Shown: piece after piece, positions 63,702 to 64,000 of the stretch | Position numbering within the stretch: the first letter of the stretch is position 1 | Layout: the number at the start of each line of letters is the position of its first letter | DNA from: Longimicrobiales bacterium | GTDB taxonomy: Bacteria; Gemmatimonadota; Gemmatimonadetes; Longimicrobiales; Gaopeijiaceae | Length of the DNA stretch: 64,000 nucleotides | Reading direction: 5' to 3' | Assembly (NCBI GenBank): GCA_965198065.1 | Contig: CBDAON010000004.1 | Location: forward strand, 2,048,001 to 2,112,000 | Notes under the pieces: generated by a model | Database searches by the model: none | Told to the model about the DNA's origin: nothing | What the model saw: only the letters and a program-made list of their open reading frames with translations | Program-made: the position numbers and the translations under genes

Positions 63702-64000
63702 TCATCGGAGCACGTCCTCGAGAGCGGTGGCCGCGTCCGTCTTCTCGTCACGGTACTTTACGATCACGGGTGCGTAGATCTGGATTCCGCGCTCCTCGAC
63801 GAACGGTCCCGAGGCGGGCCGGGAGCCCGGGACCACGACGGCGCCGGACGGCACGGTCAGGGGATTCGCCGCGCCTCCGCGCACCACCTCGCCCCGAACG
63901 AGGTCGAACAGAGGCGTGGCCCCCGTGATCTGGACCCCGGCCGCGAGGACGGCCCGACGCCCGACGACGACCCCCTCGAACACACCGGCGTTTCCACCGA
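63702..64000 (-). CDS. dapD: Tetrahydrodipicolinate N-succinyltransferase, C-terminal part
   Basis: EGVVVGRRAVLAAGV, VPSGAVVVPGSR, IVKYRDEKTDAATALEDVLR. Confidence 0.85.
   Translation of the reverse strand, partial: GGNAGVFEGVVVGRRAVLAAGVQITGATPLFDLVRGEVVRGGAANPLTVPSGAVVVPGSRPASGPFVEERGIQIYAPVIVKYRDEKTDAATALEDVLR

Overview
A GC-rich bacterial chromosome segment. The gene style is suggestive of Gemmatimonadota, possibly host- or sponge-associated, but this is inference only. Core genes lie at both ends: nucleotidyltransferase, cyclophilin, msrB, isocitrate dehydrogenase, P1B-ATPase, radical SAM and rnpB on the left; sodium:solute symporters, aspartate kinase, GlcNAc kinase, Lrp and dapD on the right. 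Three tRNA genes act as integration hotspots. (1) tRNA-Lys(CTT) carries a 6.7-kb integrase-free island bounded by a 43-bp direct repeat of the tRNA 3' half. It holds an IS1595 with a Fic passenger, a damaged IS110 and an M14-like peptidase. (2) tRNA-Arg(CCG) is followed by a tyrosine integrase and about 22 kb of IS3-riddled accessory DNA with defence-gene remnants and an orphan JAB-ThiF (E1-like) fusion. (3) The most unusual feature: tRNA-Ala(TGC) is preceded by two tandem integrase-free modules (4.2 and 4.9 kb). Each begins with a copy of the tRNA 5' half plus a conserved 105-bp arm of helically phased repeats, and each ends with a conserved 37-bp motif abutting the next tRNA 5' end. This looks like an inverted-geometry, integron-like cassette array growing upstream of a tRNA. 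Many genes carry single frameshifts, which may be long-read errors or decay. All family assignments come from motif recognition; no searches were run.
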